A DNA stretch of 64,000 nucleotides from Eledone cirrhosa (taxonomy: Eukaryota). Under the pieces are notes generated by a model. The model did not search any database and was not told where the DNA came from. It worked only from the letters and a program-made list of their open reading frames with translations. This document shows, piece by piece, positions 33,256-46,106 of this stretch. Where the stretch lies: positions 97,712,001-97,776,000 of the forward strand of contig OZ024742.1 of assembly GCA_964016885.1 (NCBI GenBank), given 5' to 3'. Position numbers and translations under genes: made by a program. Each line of letters opens with the position of its first letter. Position 1 is the first letter of the stretch.

Positions 33256-35253
33256 AGAGTAGACTATCAAGTGGCCAGGAGGGAAGCTAGGAGAGAAGTG
33301 TACTTAGCAAGAAGGGAAGCTGAGGAAAGAAAGTTCAAGCATGTTCTACAACGCGATGACCAAAAACGTGAGGTGTTCAGGATTGCTAGGCAATGCGTCA
33401 AGGAAAACCGTGATATTGTCGGGGAGAAGTGTGTACTTAACGATGATGGCATACTTGCCATCACCGACACTGATAAGAAGGTAGCTTGGAAGTGTCGTCA
33501 CTCTGAAAGGCTACTAAATGAGGAGAATAAATGGGAGAAAGACAGTCTCCCCCATATCGACCCAATAGAGGGACCAGCAGTGTTAGTCGAGGAGAGTATA
33601 ATAAGTAAGGCAATCAAGGATATGAAGTCGGGTAAGGCGGCTGGGCCTTCGGAAATAGTTGCTGAGATGCTGAAGGCATCTGGCACGGTGGGACACACTA
33701 TGGTCACCCGCATAGTTAACCAAGTCGTACAGAATGGGGTTGTTCCGAAGGACTGGCATACCAGCATCATCGTTAACTGTTATAAGGGTAAAGGAGACGC
33801 CCTAGATAGGAGTAACTATAGAGGCATTAAATTAATCGACCAGGTCATGAAGGTCACGGAAAAAGTAATAGCGCAACTAATCAGAGAGAGAATTGACCTA
33901 GATGAAATGCAGTTCGGGTTTGTGTCAGGCAAAAGCACCACAGACGCTCTTTTCATAGTACGACAACTACAGGAGATGTACCTAGCTAAAGGTAAACCCC
34001 TCTACTTAGCTTTTGTCGACCTCGAGAAAGCCTTCGACAGAGTCCCCCGCTCCATTATCTGGTGGGCTCTTAGAAAACTAGGCGTTGACGAATGGCTTGT
34101 GAGGGCTATACAAGCCATGTATAAAGAAACAGTCAGCAAGGTTAGAATTAACAACGAATATAGTGAAGAGTTTAGCGTAAAAGTTGGCGTCCATCAGGGC
34201 TCTGTTATCAGCCCCCTACTATTTATTATTGCCCTTCAGGCTATAACAGAGGAGTTCAAGACAGGCTGCCCATGGGAACTCCTATACGCAGACGACCTGA
34301 CACTCATAGCGGAATCAATGGCCGAGCTAGAGAAGAAATTCCAAACATGGAAGCACGGCCTAGAGTCAAAAGGACTTAAAATTAACCTGGCTAAGACCAA
34401 AGTTCTAGTTTGTAGGAAAGAAAACAAGGCGGCGGTCCCTTCTGGGAAATGGTCGTGCTCGGTGTGTAGGAAAGGCGTAGGTAGAAACTCCATTTTATGT
34501 CCTAAATGCAAAGTATGGGTGCATAAAAGATGTAGTGGGATCACAGGTAAGCTAACTAAGAACATAGATTTTACATGTGGCCGGTGTTCTGGTGCAATAA
34601 GTAGCAGCAAGTGCCCACAAAATACTAGCTCTTTCAATTGCGCAGGGGGTTCTATAGAAATAGTGGACAGCTTCCGTTACCTGGGCGATAAAATCAGCAG
34701 TGGGGGAGGGTGCTCTGAAAGTACTGTAGCTAGAGTCAGAACTGGTTGGAAAAAGTTCAGAGAGCTTATACCACTATTAGCTGCTAAAGGGTTCTCCCTA
34801 AAAATGAAAGGCAGGTTGTACGATGCCTGCATACGAACAGCAATGTTGCATGGTAGTGAGACCTGGGCATTGTGTGCAGAGGATATACGCAGACTAGAGA
34901 GGAACGAAGCTTGCATGCTCCGCTGGATGTGTAACAGTAATATACGTGAACGGCAAAGCATAAACGAACTAAGGAAAAAATTAGAGATAAGAGGGATCAG
35001 ATGTTGTTTACTCAAGAGAAGGCTGCGTTGGTATGGACACGTGATGCGCATGAAAGTCGATAGCTGTATAACAAAGTGCAGGGCAATAAAGATAGACGGT
35101 AGCCACGGAATAGGCAGACCTAGAAAAACCTGGGATGAGCTGATAAACTCCGACCTCACACACTTACACCTCTCCAAGACAATGTCACTGGACCGAGACC
35201 CTTGGCGGTACTCAGTAACAGAGAAGACCCGCCTTGCCAGTAGGCATCTCTAA
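33256..35253 (+). CDS. RTE RT with embedded PHD finger (open frame, no native start)
   Basis: YADD..KTKVL-[[20 protein letters not shown]]-FRYLG. Confidence 0.85.
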   Translation, partial: RVDYQVARREARREVYLARREAEERKFKHVLQRDDQKREVFRIARQCVKENRDIVGEKCVLNDDGILAITDTDKKVAWKCRHSERLLNEENKWEKDSLPHIDPIEGPAVLVEESIISKAIKDMKSGKAAGPSEIVAEMLKASGTVGHTMVTRIVNQVVQNGVVPKDWHTSIIVNCYKGKGDALDRSNYRGIKLIDQVMKVTEKVIAQLIRERIDLDEMQFGFVSGKSTTDALFIVRQLQEMYLAKGKPLYLAFVDLEKAFDRVPRSIIWWALRKLGVDEWLVRAIQAMYKETVSKVRINNEYSEEFSVKVGVHQGSVISPLLFIIALQAITEEFKTGCPWELLYADDLTLIAESMAELEKKFQTWKHGLESKGLKINLAKTKVLVCRKENKAAVPSGKWSCSVCRKGVGRNSILCPKCKVWVHKRCSGITGKLTKNIDFTCGRCSGAISSSKCPQNTSSFNCAGGSIEIVDSFRYLGDKISSGGGCSESTVARVRTGWKKFRELIPLLAAKGFSLKMKGRLYDACIRTAMLHGSETWALCAEDIRRLERNEACMLRWMCNSNIRERQSINELRKKLEIRGIRCCLLKRRLRWYGHVMRMKVDSCITKCRAIKIDGSHGIGRPRKTWDELINSDLTHLHLSKTMSLDRDPWRYSVTEKTRLASRHL

Positions 35254-35652
35254 CAAAATACACCCCGTCCCGCCACCACCCCCACCCCATCCCGCCACCA
35301 CCCCCACCCCATCCCGCCACCACCCCCACCCCATCCACACCACCCCGTTCTATGTAAAGTTATGTTGGTGCCGCGCCATCCAGGCCGAAACAAATGAGAT
35401 CGTGTAGGTGTCACAACAAAAAAACACACAGTCCACGCTGTAATGTGGCCGTGTAGGCAACACGGTAAAAACCTCCCAGACCCACACTGTAAATGTGGTT
35501 GGTGTTAGGAAGGGCATCCAACTGTAGAAAACCTGCCAGACAGTCCTATGCGAGCAAGACAATCACTCTTGCCTCAAGTGGGACTACCCCCGTCCAAACC
35601 CATGCAAGCGTAGAACACGGACGTTAAACGTTGATGATGATGATGATGATGA
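33256..35652 (+). mobile_element. RTE LINE copy 2, 5'-truncated, inverted relative to copy 1
   Basis: Near-identical to 23353-25725 in reverse complement; (TGA)n tail. Confidence 0.95.
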
Positions 35653-35800
35653 TGTATGTATATATATATATGTATGTATGTATGTATATATATATGTATG
35701 TATGTATGTATATATATATGTATGTATGTATATATATATGTATGTATGTATATATATATATGTATATATATATGTATGTATGTATATATATATATGTATG

Positions 35801-35838
<38 letters not shown>

Positions 35839-35854
35839 TATATATATATATGTA

Positions 35855-35899
<45 letters not shown>

Positions 35900-35924
35900 C
35901 TGGCTCTTTACCACATTTCCTTCG

Positions 35925-35968
<44 letters not shown>

Positions 35969-35971
<3 letters not shown>

Positions 35972-37080
35972 CACACTAAAATACTGCCAACAGCAACACA
36001 CACATTCAATGGCTATCACACTGCTTGAGTAAAAAATATATAACTTCCAGCAATAACTAGCGAATAGCTGAAGAGTGGTGGGCCATTGAGAACATCAATC
36101 TCAACCTCAAAGTGTTCTTTTCATTTGCTAAAAAACACAAGGTCACCGTCTCCACTGTTGGCCCCCTAGTTGATGAAAATGGCACACTCCAGGCCAATGC
36201 CAAAACCATGGGCGAGATAGAGCAGAAACAATACTGCTCTGTTTTCAGCAATCCTGATATGGCCGATCTGGGCCGTATCAGTGATGTTAACCCCCAACAC
36301 ACTATATCAGACATAAAGTTTGGCGCCCCTGATGTCTTAGCGGCAATAAACGAAATTAAACACAATTCAGCAGTAGGCTCTGACAGGTTCCCTGCTTGTG
36401 TTCTGAAGGTGTGTCGACACCAACTTTCGTCTACTCTTGTTAATATGTGGAGGAACTCACTGGACACTGTCTATATTCCTGTAAACTTTCTGTCCCAGTC
36501 CGTTGTCCCAGTCTTGAAAAGGGAAATAAGTCCCTTGCAATGCACTACCGTCCGATCTCACTCACCTCTCATATTATCAAGGTATTTGAGAGGGTAGTGA
36601 GATCACGAATAACCCGCTTTGTTTAAAGCAATGGCCTACTGAACTCCAACCAACATGGGTTCCGTAATGGAAGCGACTGCCTAACGCAGCTCCTGCATCA
36701 CTCTGACGATGTTTTGAGAGCCTTGGGAGAGGGCTCCAACATTGATGTCATCTACCTTGACATCTGCAAGGCCTTCGACAGGGTTGATCATAAGATTCTA
36801 CTGAAAAAAACTATCCAATGTTGGTGTGTCTGGAAGGTTACTACAGTGGATCAAATATTTCCTGAGAGGCAGAACCGAGCATGTTGTAGTCGAAGGAGTA
36901 AAATCAAACCCTGCCAAAGTCAGCAGTGGCGTCCCACAAGGCACTGTATTGGGCCCACTTCTTTTCATCATCTACATTAGACATTACTGACATCATCAAG
37001 CACAGCAACATCAGAATCTTCACAGATGATTCCAAGATCCAAAGGGTCATCAATGAGGTGGGTGACCGGACTTGCCTCCA
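35969..37080 (+). pseudogene. Degenerate CR1 ORF2 fragment, same family as 27161-30120
   Basis: [37 protein letters not shown]; several frameshifts. Confidence 0.9.
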
Positions 37081-37717
37081 ATCTAATTTATGCCATTATA
37101 TGTAAAGGATGCGATGAAGATTATATAGGACAAACTAAACTCACACTCAGAAACAGAATGACAGTTCATTGCCAACAATTACGAGACAGATACCTAAAGT
37201 GCACATCTAGACATATGCGCAATTAATAAGACACCCAAATTCCAAGTCTTCCCATTTTACCTTTGCGCTGACAATACAACAGAACAAATACGAATAAATA
37301 AGAAAAATATGTTCATTCAAAAATATTTCTACTAATGGAATCATTTTCCGACACACACAAACACACACACACAAAATATATATTCTCTTCATCTTAACAT
37401 GCTAACCATACTCCCACACACACATAACACCCATACACACACACACATAACACCCATATACATACACGCAACGCCCTCCCCCATTTCTACTAAGAGAAGC
37501 ATCTTCCTATACACACACACACACACTCACACAAGCACACAAATAAAGATACATATATCTACTTTCTTTATTTTAATAGAAAGTCTGAATTGTGACACCC
37601 GAGCGAACGAGCCATATTCACTGAACCAGAACAATTCTCCCATCCCATTTCTCTTGACCATTATCTTTTGTTTGTCATAAAATTCTCTAAAAGGCTACAA
37701 AATAAATTCCCAAATAC

Positions 37718-38010
37718 GGGCGCGATATTTAATGAACTTGTTCACGTGACAACTGTAATTTCATTTATAACCAATCAAATTACATTTAAAAAAAAAAAAA
37801 AGCCTTCATGAGCCCCCTTTTTTTTAAGTAAAAAGAAATTCAAACAAACTGGCGCGAAAGCTGATGTGCTTATTCACGTGACTGCATCAACCAACCAAAC
37901 TTCACACATATATGAAAAAAACAACCTGATCCCCCCCCCCCCTGTTTTTAAGAACTTTGTAACGCAAGCTGGCGCGAAATTTATCATACTTATTGACCAA
38001 CCAATCAAAT
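37718..38010 (+). promoter_or_regulatory. Three ~125-bp modules with E2F-like, E-box and CCAAT motifs
   Basis: GGCGCGAAA at 37851 and 37971 (variant at 37719); TCACGTGA at 37742 and 37874; CCAATC at 37771 and 38001. Confidence 0.5.
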
Positions 38011-38119
38011 TACTTCTCTAAAAACCTCGCGTTTCGAGCCACTTTTTTCCATAAAAAAACAAGTAGCATTCTAAGACCAACCAGATGTGAGAAAAACCAC
38101 AGACCCTCCATCTCAACTC

Positions 38120-38159
38120 TACTTTTGAAAAGCAGAAGAACAGCGAATCCGGTAAAGTA
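38120..38159 (+). ncRNA. Degenerate minimal HHR, U3-A8 variant
   Basis: UACUU UUGAAAA GCaG-AAGAA-CAGC GAAu CCGG UA AAGUA; two substitutions. Confidence 0.6.
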
Positions 38160-38301
38160 ACCAAATAAACATATATATATTCTTTTTAAATAAGACTCCA
38201 GTTGCATTTTCGATTTCATCTTTTTTTCTTTATACTTTCACTCGTGTAGGACACCTCAGTTATTTTTCATTTTGTAAAAAAACTTCACTCTCTAACATCT
38301 A

Positions 38302-38413
38302 TCTAGGGCGGATAAAATTCCCGAGATCCATGGACGAGTTCTCTCCAGCGGTCCCTGTCCCTCATTATCGTTGCCATGTCCTGTGTCCTCAACAGACCAG
38401 TGTCTGTCCTTAG
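38302..38413 (-). mobile_element. 3' end of a second RTE-like family
   Basis: Diverged reverse complement of 39004-39114. Confidence 0.75.
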
Positions 38414-38435
38414 TCTTCAATTTTATTATTATTAC

Positions 38436-38508
<73 letters not shown>

Positions 38509-38609
38509 GTATATATATATATTTATGATATATATATTTATATTTATATATATCATCATCACCATTTTACGTCCGTTCTTCCACGCTAGCATAGGTTAGA
38601 CGGGAGAGG

Positions 38610-39114
38610 GTGACTTTCAATGGAAACCCAAGACTGACAGTCATCTCTGCCTATAGTCCAACCGAGGGAGACATTGATGTGAGTGCAGAAGAGTTCCATG
38701 AGGAGGTGTGTAGAGCTGTCAACACCTCACAAGCACTCAACATCCTGCTTGTTTTGGGGGACATCAATGCACATCTGAGTAAGGAGGGCAGTGAAGATCC
38801 TTGCTGGTACTTCCATAACAACACCAACCGAAATGGAAGACTACTGAGAGACACCCTGCTGGAGGCGAACTTGATAGCGACCAACCTAAGGTTTAGGAAG
38901 AATCCGGGGAAGATGTGGACCTACATCTCAGATATGCTCCTGTGGGAGCCCCTACATGGACACACTGGAAGAGGAAGACCAAGGTTAATGTATGTTGATG
39001 CCCTTAGGACATACAATGGTCTGTTGGAGACGCATGACATGGCAGCGATAATGAGGGACAGAGACCGCTAGAGAGACCTCGTTCATGTATCTCGGGAATT
39101 TTACCCGCCCTAGA
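38610..39114 (+). mobile_element. Internally deleted RTE-like LINE (APE fragment fused to C-terminus)
   Basis: VISAYSPT..LGDINAH..NRNGRLL..KMWTY joined to LLWEPLHG..GRGRPRLMYVDAL. Confidence 0.78.
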
Positions 39115-39174
39115 ATATGTATATATATATATATATTTATATATATTTATATATATATATATATGTATATATAT

Positions 39175-42100
39175 AAAGAGCCATGGGTTTCTGAGGACCC
39201 TGGCGCAAGCACGGACCTGAAAAAAAATGAGATACCCGCCGCCACAGTCAGGGAGGGCAGGCTGGGAAACCAACAAGCAAACGGTAAAGGTGAGACGAAA
39301 GCACCGAGACACTGGGAGCACGAAAACACAAGTAATGTGCAAGTTCTTCAGGAACGGGACCTGCTGGCATGGCGAGACAAGGATGGGCTGCAGATTCACC
39401 CACCCCAGGTCCGAAACGAACTATGCCCATCCTACTCGCGCAGCATGCCCCAGCCAAAGCCAAAACAAGTTGCTCCAGAAGTATGCTGATGTCGTGTGTG
39501 TCATGCCAACAAGGAGAAGGCACGCACATGCCGACGAGATACAGATGGCAGCAGCAGAGCAGAAAAACTTTTTAGTGATGGCAGAGAAGATTGTGGGACA
39601 GCTGACCTGGCTGCATCATTTCCAGAGTCAGAGTCACCCACACCAGCACTCTAGATCACCACAATTAAGGGACCCAGAGTGGCCACCGCTGACACCAGCT
39701 CAGGTGTCATACCGACAGCCATTGCTGGCATCTCAAAAGTCACACCAGTGCTGCTGCTGAATGTCAGAGGGCTGGTGAAACTCAGTAACATGAGTAAAAT
39801 TTCCTACCTGGGAGACTTAGCCATAAGCAATCAAGCATTATGCATGGCACTAACCGAAACGCACCTGACAAGCAGTATAGCAGATGCAGAAATACATATA
39901 CCGAAATATACTGTATTTCGTTCGGACAGGAAGGAGAGAACTCATGGTGCGGTTGCTCTGTATATCCGTGAAGATGGCACACCAATTGTACTGTTGACAC
40001 ATTCAAACTCAGTCTATGACACACTAATAGTACATATGAAGCAACTACAGACAGTAATATGTGTCACATATCGGCCGCCCGATGACCCCAGTCATGAGGG
40101 TAAATTTGAGGATAGCGTCAGTAGGATAGAAGAGATCGTTGACAAACTGGACCAGGGTCTCAACATTCTACTGCTGGGAGACTTCAACCTGCCAAAGATC
40201 AAATGGTCTGAGGGCCACCTCCTCCCTGGAATGACGTCAATAGAACAAAGACAGACAGAATCCCTGCTGGCACTCACACACAGGCTGTTCATGGAACAAG
40301 CAGTACTCCTCCCAACAAGAGGCGAAAATGTCCTGGACCTCTGTTTTACAAACAACGAAGTGCTCATCCACAATGTAAAGGTGACACCAACAATTTTCTC
40401 GGATCATAACTTAGTAGAACTAATGATATGTGGTCCGAGAGAACCAACAGAGACACAACTACCAAGAAGCACCGGGACATTATCCAGCCTTAAATTCTAC
40501 AAGGCTAACTGGAAAAAGAGGAAGAGTTAAATCCGGAAGCAAATATGGAGCGAAAACACCGCCACACAAGACACCAACACACAATTTCAACACTTCATGA
40601 CAACGATACACGCTATATGCAAAGTTTGTCCCGGAGAAAAAGGCAAACAGTCACAAAAATCTTATCCCAAAGATATGAAAATCCTTATGAGACGTAGAAC
40701 CAAGCTCTCAAACCAGCTGAATGCACAACAAGAAAACAAAAACAAGAAAGAATCCTATTTGAAACGTGGACTACTTGACACCAAGATTGCACTCAAACTT
40801 TCCCATGAAAATGAGAGAGCAAAGAAAGAAAGCAGGGCCATAGAAAATTTTAAAACAAACCCTAAAGCCTTCTTTAAATTTGCAAAAGAAACTGCCTTGG
40901 TACACTGCAAGATTGGGCCACTCTTCCATACAGATGGTTCATTAACCAAGAATCCCCAAAACATATGTGAAATACTGAACGAACAGTACAAAAGTCCACT
41001 GAGGCACATGGAAATAACAAAGCCAGAAGAGTTCTTTGATGCCACAACACTACATGAAGAAATGACGACCATCAACCACATAGACATAATGGAGGAGGAT
41101 GTGGTATACACCATAGATGAAATTAGAACAGACTCAGCTGCTGGACCTGATGGATTCCCAGCAGTCCTCTTAAAAACATGTAAGCAGGCCTTAGCAACTC
41201 CACTGAAGATGCTCTTCAGAAGCTCCTTCGCTAGCGGTATACTACCCAGGGAGATGAAAGAAGGCTCAATATGCCCTATCCATAAAGGAGGTAGCAGAGC
41301 GGAGACCAAAAACTATAGGCCAATCTCCCCGACGTCGCATATCAGTAAGGTCATGGAGAGAGTCGTCAGAAAGAAACTGATCACTTTCCTAGAGGAAAAT
41401 GACCGCCTGACTAGCACGCAGCATGGCTTTCGCCCGGGAAGAAGCTGCCTTACACAGCTGCTACATCACTACGACTGGGTACTGAAACAACTGCTAGACA
41501 GCTCACATGTGGACGTGCTATATCTTGACTTTGCGAAGGCCTTTGACAAGGTCAACCACGGAATGATATGTCACAAACTACACGGACTCGGCATAACTGG
41601 AAAAGTAGGTGAGTGGCTGCATGACTTCTTAAAGGACAGAAGCCAGACAGTCGCAGCAAACGGGGCCCTCTCAAAGGAAACATCAATAACAAGTGCGGTG
41701 CCTCAAGGGACAGTCCTGGGACCACTAATGTTTTTGGTGGCTCTCTCAGACATGTCCTCTGTAGTACATACAACAACATCCCTAACTACCTATTCTGATG
41801 ACACTAAGGTAGCACAGGCAATCAAAAACCCGACTGACGCTGCCCTTTTACAACAAGATCTGGATGCCATATACAAATGGGCAGAAGAAAACACACATGC
41901 AGTTTAATGCTGGCAAATTCCAAGCCCTACAATACAAACCTGCAAACACAAATACAGTACAACACAGCTATGCAGGACCAGGAGGGACCGATATCCCCGT
42001 GTCAAAATCAATATGAGACCTGGGTATAGACATGAGCGATGATGCATCTTTTTCCTCACACACCAGGAAAGTGGCAACAATGTGCAGACGACTCGTTGGC

Positions 42101-42766
42101 TGGAACTTGCGGACTTTCCGGACAAGAGACCATGACACTATGTTGATACTATGGAGGACATTTGTCCTAAGCCGCCTGGGCTATTGCTCCCAATTATGGT
42201 CACCCTATAGTGTCAAACTAGCCACGGAGCTTGAGGCAATACAACGAAGCTACACCAAGAGGATTGCCACGATGAAGGAGATAAGCTACTGGAAGAGGCT
42301 AAAAGAACTGAACCTCTACTCCTTGGCACGTAGACGGGAGAGATACACAGTGATCTAATGTTGAAAATCCTGGAGGGACTAGCACCAAACTTTGGTATTG
42401 GGAGCTGGACCAATCGTCGAACAGGACGTCACAGTGTGGTGCCAAAGGTCTTGTCTTCCACATCTAGAATAAGGAGCAGATATTGCAATAGCCTGGGATT
42501 CAAGGGCCCTCTACTCTTCAACATGCTGCCGAGGGATCTGAGAGATCTGCATGGTGTAGGGGTGGATGTCTCCAAAAAATATCTCGATACCTTGCTATCC
42601 AGGATCCCGGATGAGCCCACAGCAAGGCGCAAGGGAAACCTAAGGGCAGCAACAACACACTCCCTATTACACCAGTGGCCAACAAATACAGGCTGGAAAT
42701 AAAATGTGTAGCAACAAGGGCGGTACCCCAGCATGGCCTCAGCTGGATGGCTGGAACAGGTAAAAA

Positions 42767-42768
<2 letters not shown>
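39175..42768 (+). mobile_element. Second CR1-group LINE, degenerate (ORF1 3' part, APE, RT)
   Basis: CKFFRNGTCWHGETRMGCRFTHP; LLNVRGL, LTETHL, YRPP, LGDFN, SDHN; [30 protein letters not shown]; SRLGYCSQLWSP; several stops and frameshifts. Confidence 0.92.
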
Positions 42769-42806
<38 letters not shown>

Positions 42807-42953
42807 GTGTAGAAGTAAACACAGTAAACACGTGTCTAAAATTACGAGGGCAGATTACACCACAAATGTTATATATCATTCAACCTGAATTATATGGGAT
42901 TTTACAAGATTTCTTACAAGATTTCTCATACATACCATATCAATAACCATTTC

Positions 42954-43045
42954 ATCTCCTGGACAGACTAAAGTTTTAATCTATTTCGCCCTGAACGAAT
43001 CATGTTTGTAACAAGTAATCCGTAGGCATTTCGTCAGCAGGAGAT
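42954..43045 (-). ncRNA. Type I hammerhead ribozyme with full stem III
   Basis: AUCUCCUG CUGACGA AAU GCC..ACGGAUUA..UGAUUCGU..GGC GAAA UAGAUUAA-AACU-UUAGUCUG UC CAGGAGAU. Confidence 0.85.
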
Positions 43046-43281
43046 AAGACTAAATGTTACATAACACCCATAACAATAAACTCACTAAAGCTGAGCATTA
43101 TAATATTAATATGTGTAGAAGTAAACACAGTAAACCCGTGTCTAAAATTACGAAGGTAGATTACACCACAAATGTTATATATCATTCAACCTGAATCATA
43201 TGGGATTTTACAAGATTTCTTACAAGATAATTTTAGACACGGGTTTACTGTGTTTACTTCTACATATATTAATATTATAAT

Positions 43282-43471
43282 TGTTTCTACTATTGGCACA
43301 AGGCCAGCAATTACCCAGTACATTACTGGTACTTTATTTTATCGACCCCGTAAGGATGAAAGGCAAAGTTAACCTTGGCGGGATTTGAAATCAGAATGGC
43401 AAGGGCTGTAACTCTATGCGTCAAAGCATGGCGTCCGATCCTCTACCGATACTGGCAATCCACCGCCCTTA
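43282..43471 (-). mobile_element. tRNA-derived SINE with Meta-like central domain and 16-bp TSD
   Basis: B-box-like GATTTCAAATCCC; TTTGCCTTTCATCCTTACGGGGTCGATAAAATAAAGTACC; TSD ATATTAATATTATAAT at 43266-43281 and 43472-43487. Confidence 0.85.
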
Positions 43472-43654
43472 ATATTAATATTATAATGCTCAGTATTTAT
43501 ACTTTGAGCATGTTAATTGCAGGGTATCTATATGAGTTATTAACTCTATATTTTATTTGTATTCCGGCTCCTTATCTGTTGAGTTTATAAAAATGAGTGT
43601 AAATAGGCTATTATTTCTAGCATAACCACTCGCACTGCATATGACTTTCAACGC

Positions 43655-44815
43655 ACGAGGTGCAACCCCAAAGAACTAGAGAGACACATACAACACTTCA
43701 TCCACCGTATGCAGTTCTCTGGTTACAATCAGAGAGATAAAATCAGAGTATATAGAGAGGCCAGAACCAAATGGGAAAAAACGGTAAATAATGATACAAA
43801 TGGGACCTGCCCCTTGTATAGTATCAAATTTTGGAATAGAATAGAAAGAACTAGGAATAAGGTTAATAGAATAAACTCATGGTATGATAGCAATAAATAC
43901 CAGAGTGTAATGTTCATCAATACAACCCCTAGAGGTGAATTAGCTTACAAATTTAGAAGGGACCTAGATAAACATAAACTTAATATTAAGATAGTAGAAA
44001 GACCAGGTTCCTCCATAAAAACACTTATTAGCAATACATACCCTTTTCAAAGACCTCCCTGTATAGATAAGAAATGCATAATCTGTAAACTAAGCCCCCA
44101 AATTAACTGTAAAACTAGAAATGTAGTATATAGCATAAGATGTACTGAAGGACAATGTAAAGATAAGAATATAGTGTACATAGGTGAGACAGCTCGTAGT
44201 ATAGGAGAACGGTTAAATGAACACTGGCGAGAACTTCAAGATTAAAAAGAATCATTAATATTCCACCAACATGCTAAAATAGAACATAAGGGCAAATTAG
44301 AGAACATAGAAATAAAAATAGGATCTACACACAGAAAAGACGCAATGTTTAGACAAATCACAGCGGCAATAAACATAAATGAACTTCAACCAAAATTAAA
44401 TAGAAAACATGAATGGAATAGCAACATCACAACTTACAATTAAGGACAAAATGAAAACACACACACACATAGAACAAACAACCAACCAGTAACATGTAAA
44501 TAAACAAGTAAATAAACAAATATAAACACACAGACACCTGGATGTAACACATGCGCAAACTAAGCACACAACACACACAAAAACAAGATGGCGTAGGACA
44601 GAACAAAGGAGAGGCACAAAAACAAAGAAAATAATCCCAGTCACTGAAGAGGTCACATAACGTGTGACGAAAGAACTTTGACAATATATGAACACCATTC
44701 CGGTTATGGAACCAACCAACCAACCGGAAATTTATAAATTTAATTTATAATAAATTGGAGTGAAAGCAGCTGGTTCCTGTGTTTCTTATTGCAACATGAC
44801 CCTCCCAAAGCATAA
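43655..44815 (+). mobile_element. PLE 3' part (RT thumb + GIY-YIG) with tail
   Basis: ORF 43709-44245: CIDKKCIICK..VVYSIRC..YIGETARSIGERLNEH; the frame continues past the stop to LNRKHEW. Confidence 0.9.
44640..44682 (+). ncRNA. Minimal type I HHR in PLE tail
   Basis: GUCA CUGAAGA G GUCACAU-AAC-GUGUGAC GAAA GAAC UU UGAC; stem III is one change from the palindrome AGUACU. Confidence 0.75.
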
Positions 44816-44889
44816 CAATATATATATATTATATATATATATTTATATATATATATATATATATATTATATATTATATATATATATATA

Positions 44890-45570
44890 TCATCATCATC
44901 ATCATCACCGTTTTACGTCCGTTCTTCCACGCTAGCATGGGTTAGACGGGTTGTCCTGTTGTGGGCAGTGTCTGGTCGGCTGACCATGCCTTGCTCATAC
45001 AGGAACTGATTTGGCTTGATTTCTACAGCTGGATGCCCTCCCTAACACCAACCTCATTTACAGTGAGTGCTGGGTGCTTTTTCGTGGCACCTACACGTCC
45101 ACTTTACAGTGTGGGCTGGGTGCTTTTTTGCCGTGGCAACTCCACGACCACCTTGCAGTGGGGGGTGTGGGGGCATATTGTCTATATGCTTCAGCTTGTA
45201 TCCATGGGAGGTCGGGTACTCTGTATTACTGCATGACGCCAGAGGTCACGGTCGTGTGTCATCGCCTTTCAGAGGTGTAATTCGGTAAGGTCGGCTTTTA
45301 TCACCTCATCTTGGGGCTCCCCACACCGCGGTTTCCATCGACTTCTAGTGCTCTGCACCTTTTTATGCAGCTGTCATCCTTCATACACATCACATGTCCA
45401 CACCAACACAACCGCCTCTCCTGCACACAGCATTTGATTCCTCTTATGCTCAGTCTCTCTCTCAATTCATTTATGCTTTGCCGTTCGCGTATATTACTAT
45501 TACACATCCATCGGAGCATGCAGGCTTCGTTTCTTTCTAATCTACGTAAGTCTTCCACCTTCAGCGCCCA
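44890..45570 (-). mobile_element. RTE 3' fragment
   Basis: [27 protein letters not shown]; CGGACGTAAAA..(TGA)n tail. Confidence 0.88.
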
Positions 45571-45610
45571 GATATATATATATATATATAAAGAGAGAGA
45601 GAGAGAGAGT

Positions 45611-45641
<31 letters not shown>

Positions 45642-46068
45642 AGAATATAAATAGATACATAAATATATACATATATAAATATATATATACATACGTAAAT
45701 ATATAATTATTTTTTACCCCTTATGTTTTTTACGCTTTCTACATCTCTTTCTACACTTCCTCCCAATTCTCTCTCTCTCAGCTCAAAGCAACCTGAATTT
45801 GTTACCTAGAGATTTACCCATCTGCATTGTTGAGGCTTCCAAAACGGCTATTTTTCATATATATATATATATATATATTTGTGTTTCTGTGTTGTCATGA
45901 AATCTTGATCAGACAAGGATGTCATGAAAATAAAATATAATTCTACTTAAGACAGCTGGCAAAGGTGTTCCTTACATAGATATGGATATATCATTGATTC
46001 TAAATAAGAACTTGGAGAGATCAAACGGTTTAGCATGTTTCATTGATTACCAGTCTGGAGACATGTAC

Positions 46069-46100
<32 letters not shown>

Positions 46101-46106
46101 ATATTA

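Larger units (their letters stand above)
37079..38300 (+). mobile_element. PLE GIY-YIG endonuclease fragment and 3' tail/pLTR
   Basis: NLIYAIICKGCDEDYIGQTKLTLRNRMTVH; HHR remnant downstream. Confidence 0.75.
42803..43493 (-). mobile_element. Non-coding terminally redundant element (306-bp unit + 120-bp direct repeat + inverted end) with HHR; retrozyme-like
   Basis: 42803-42922 is repeated at 43109-43228; 43229-43281 and 43474-43493 are an inverted copy of 43091-43150, split by a SINE. Confidence 0.75.
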
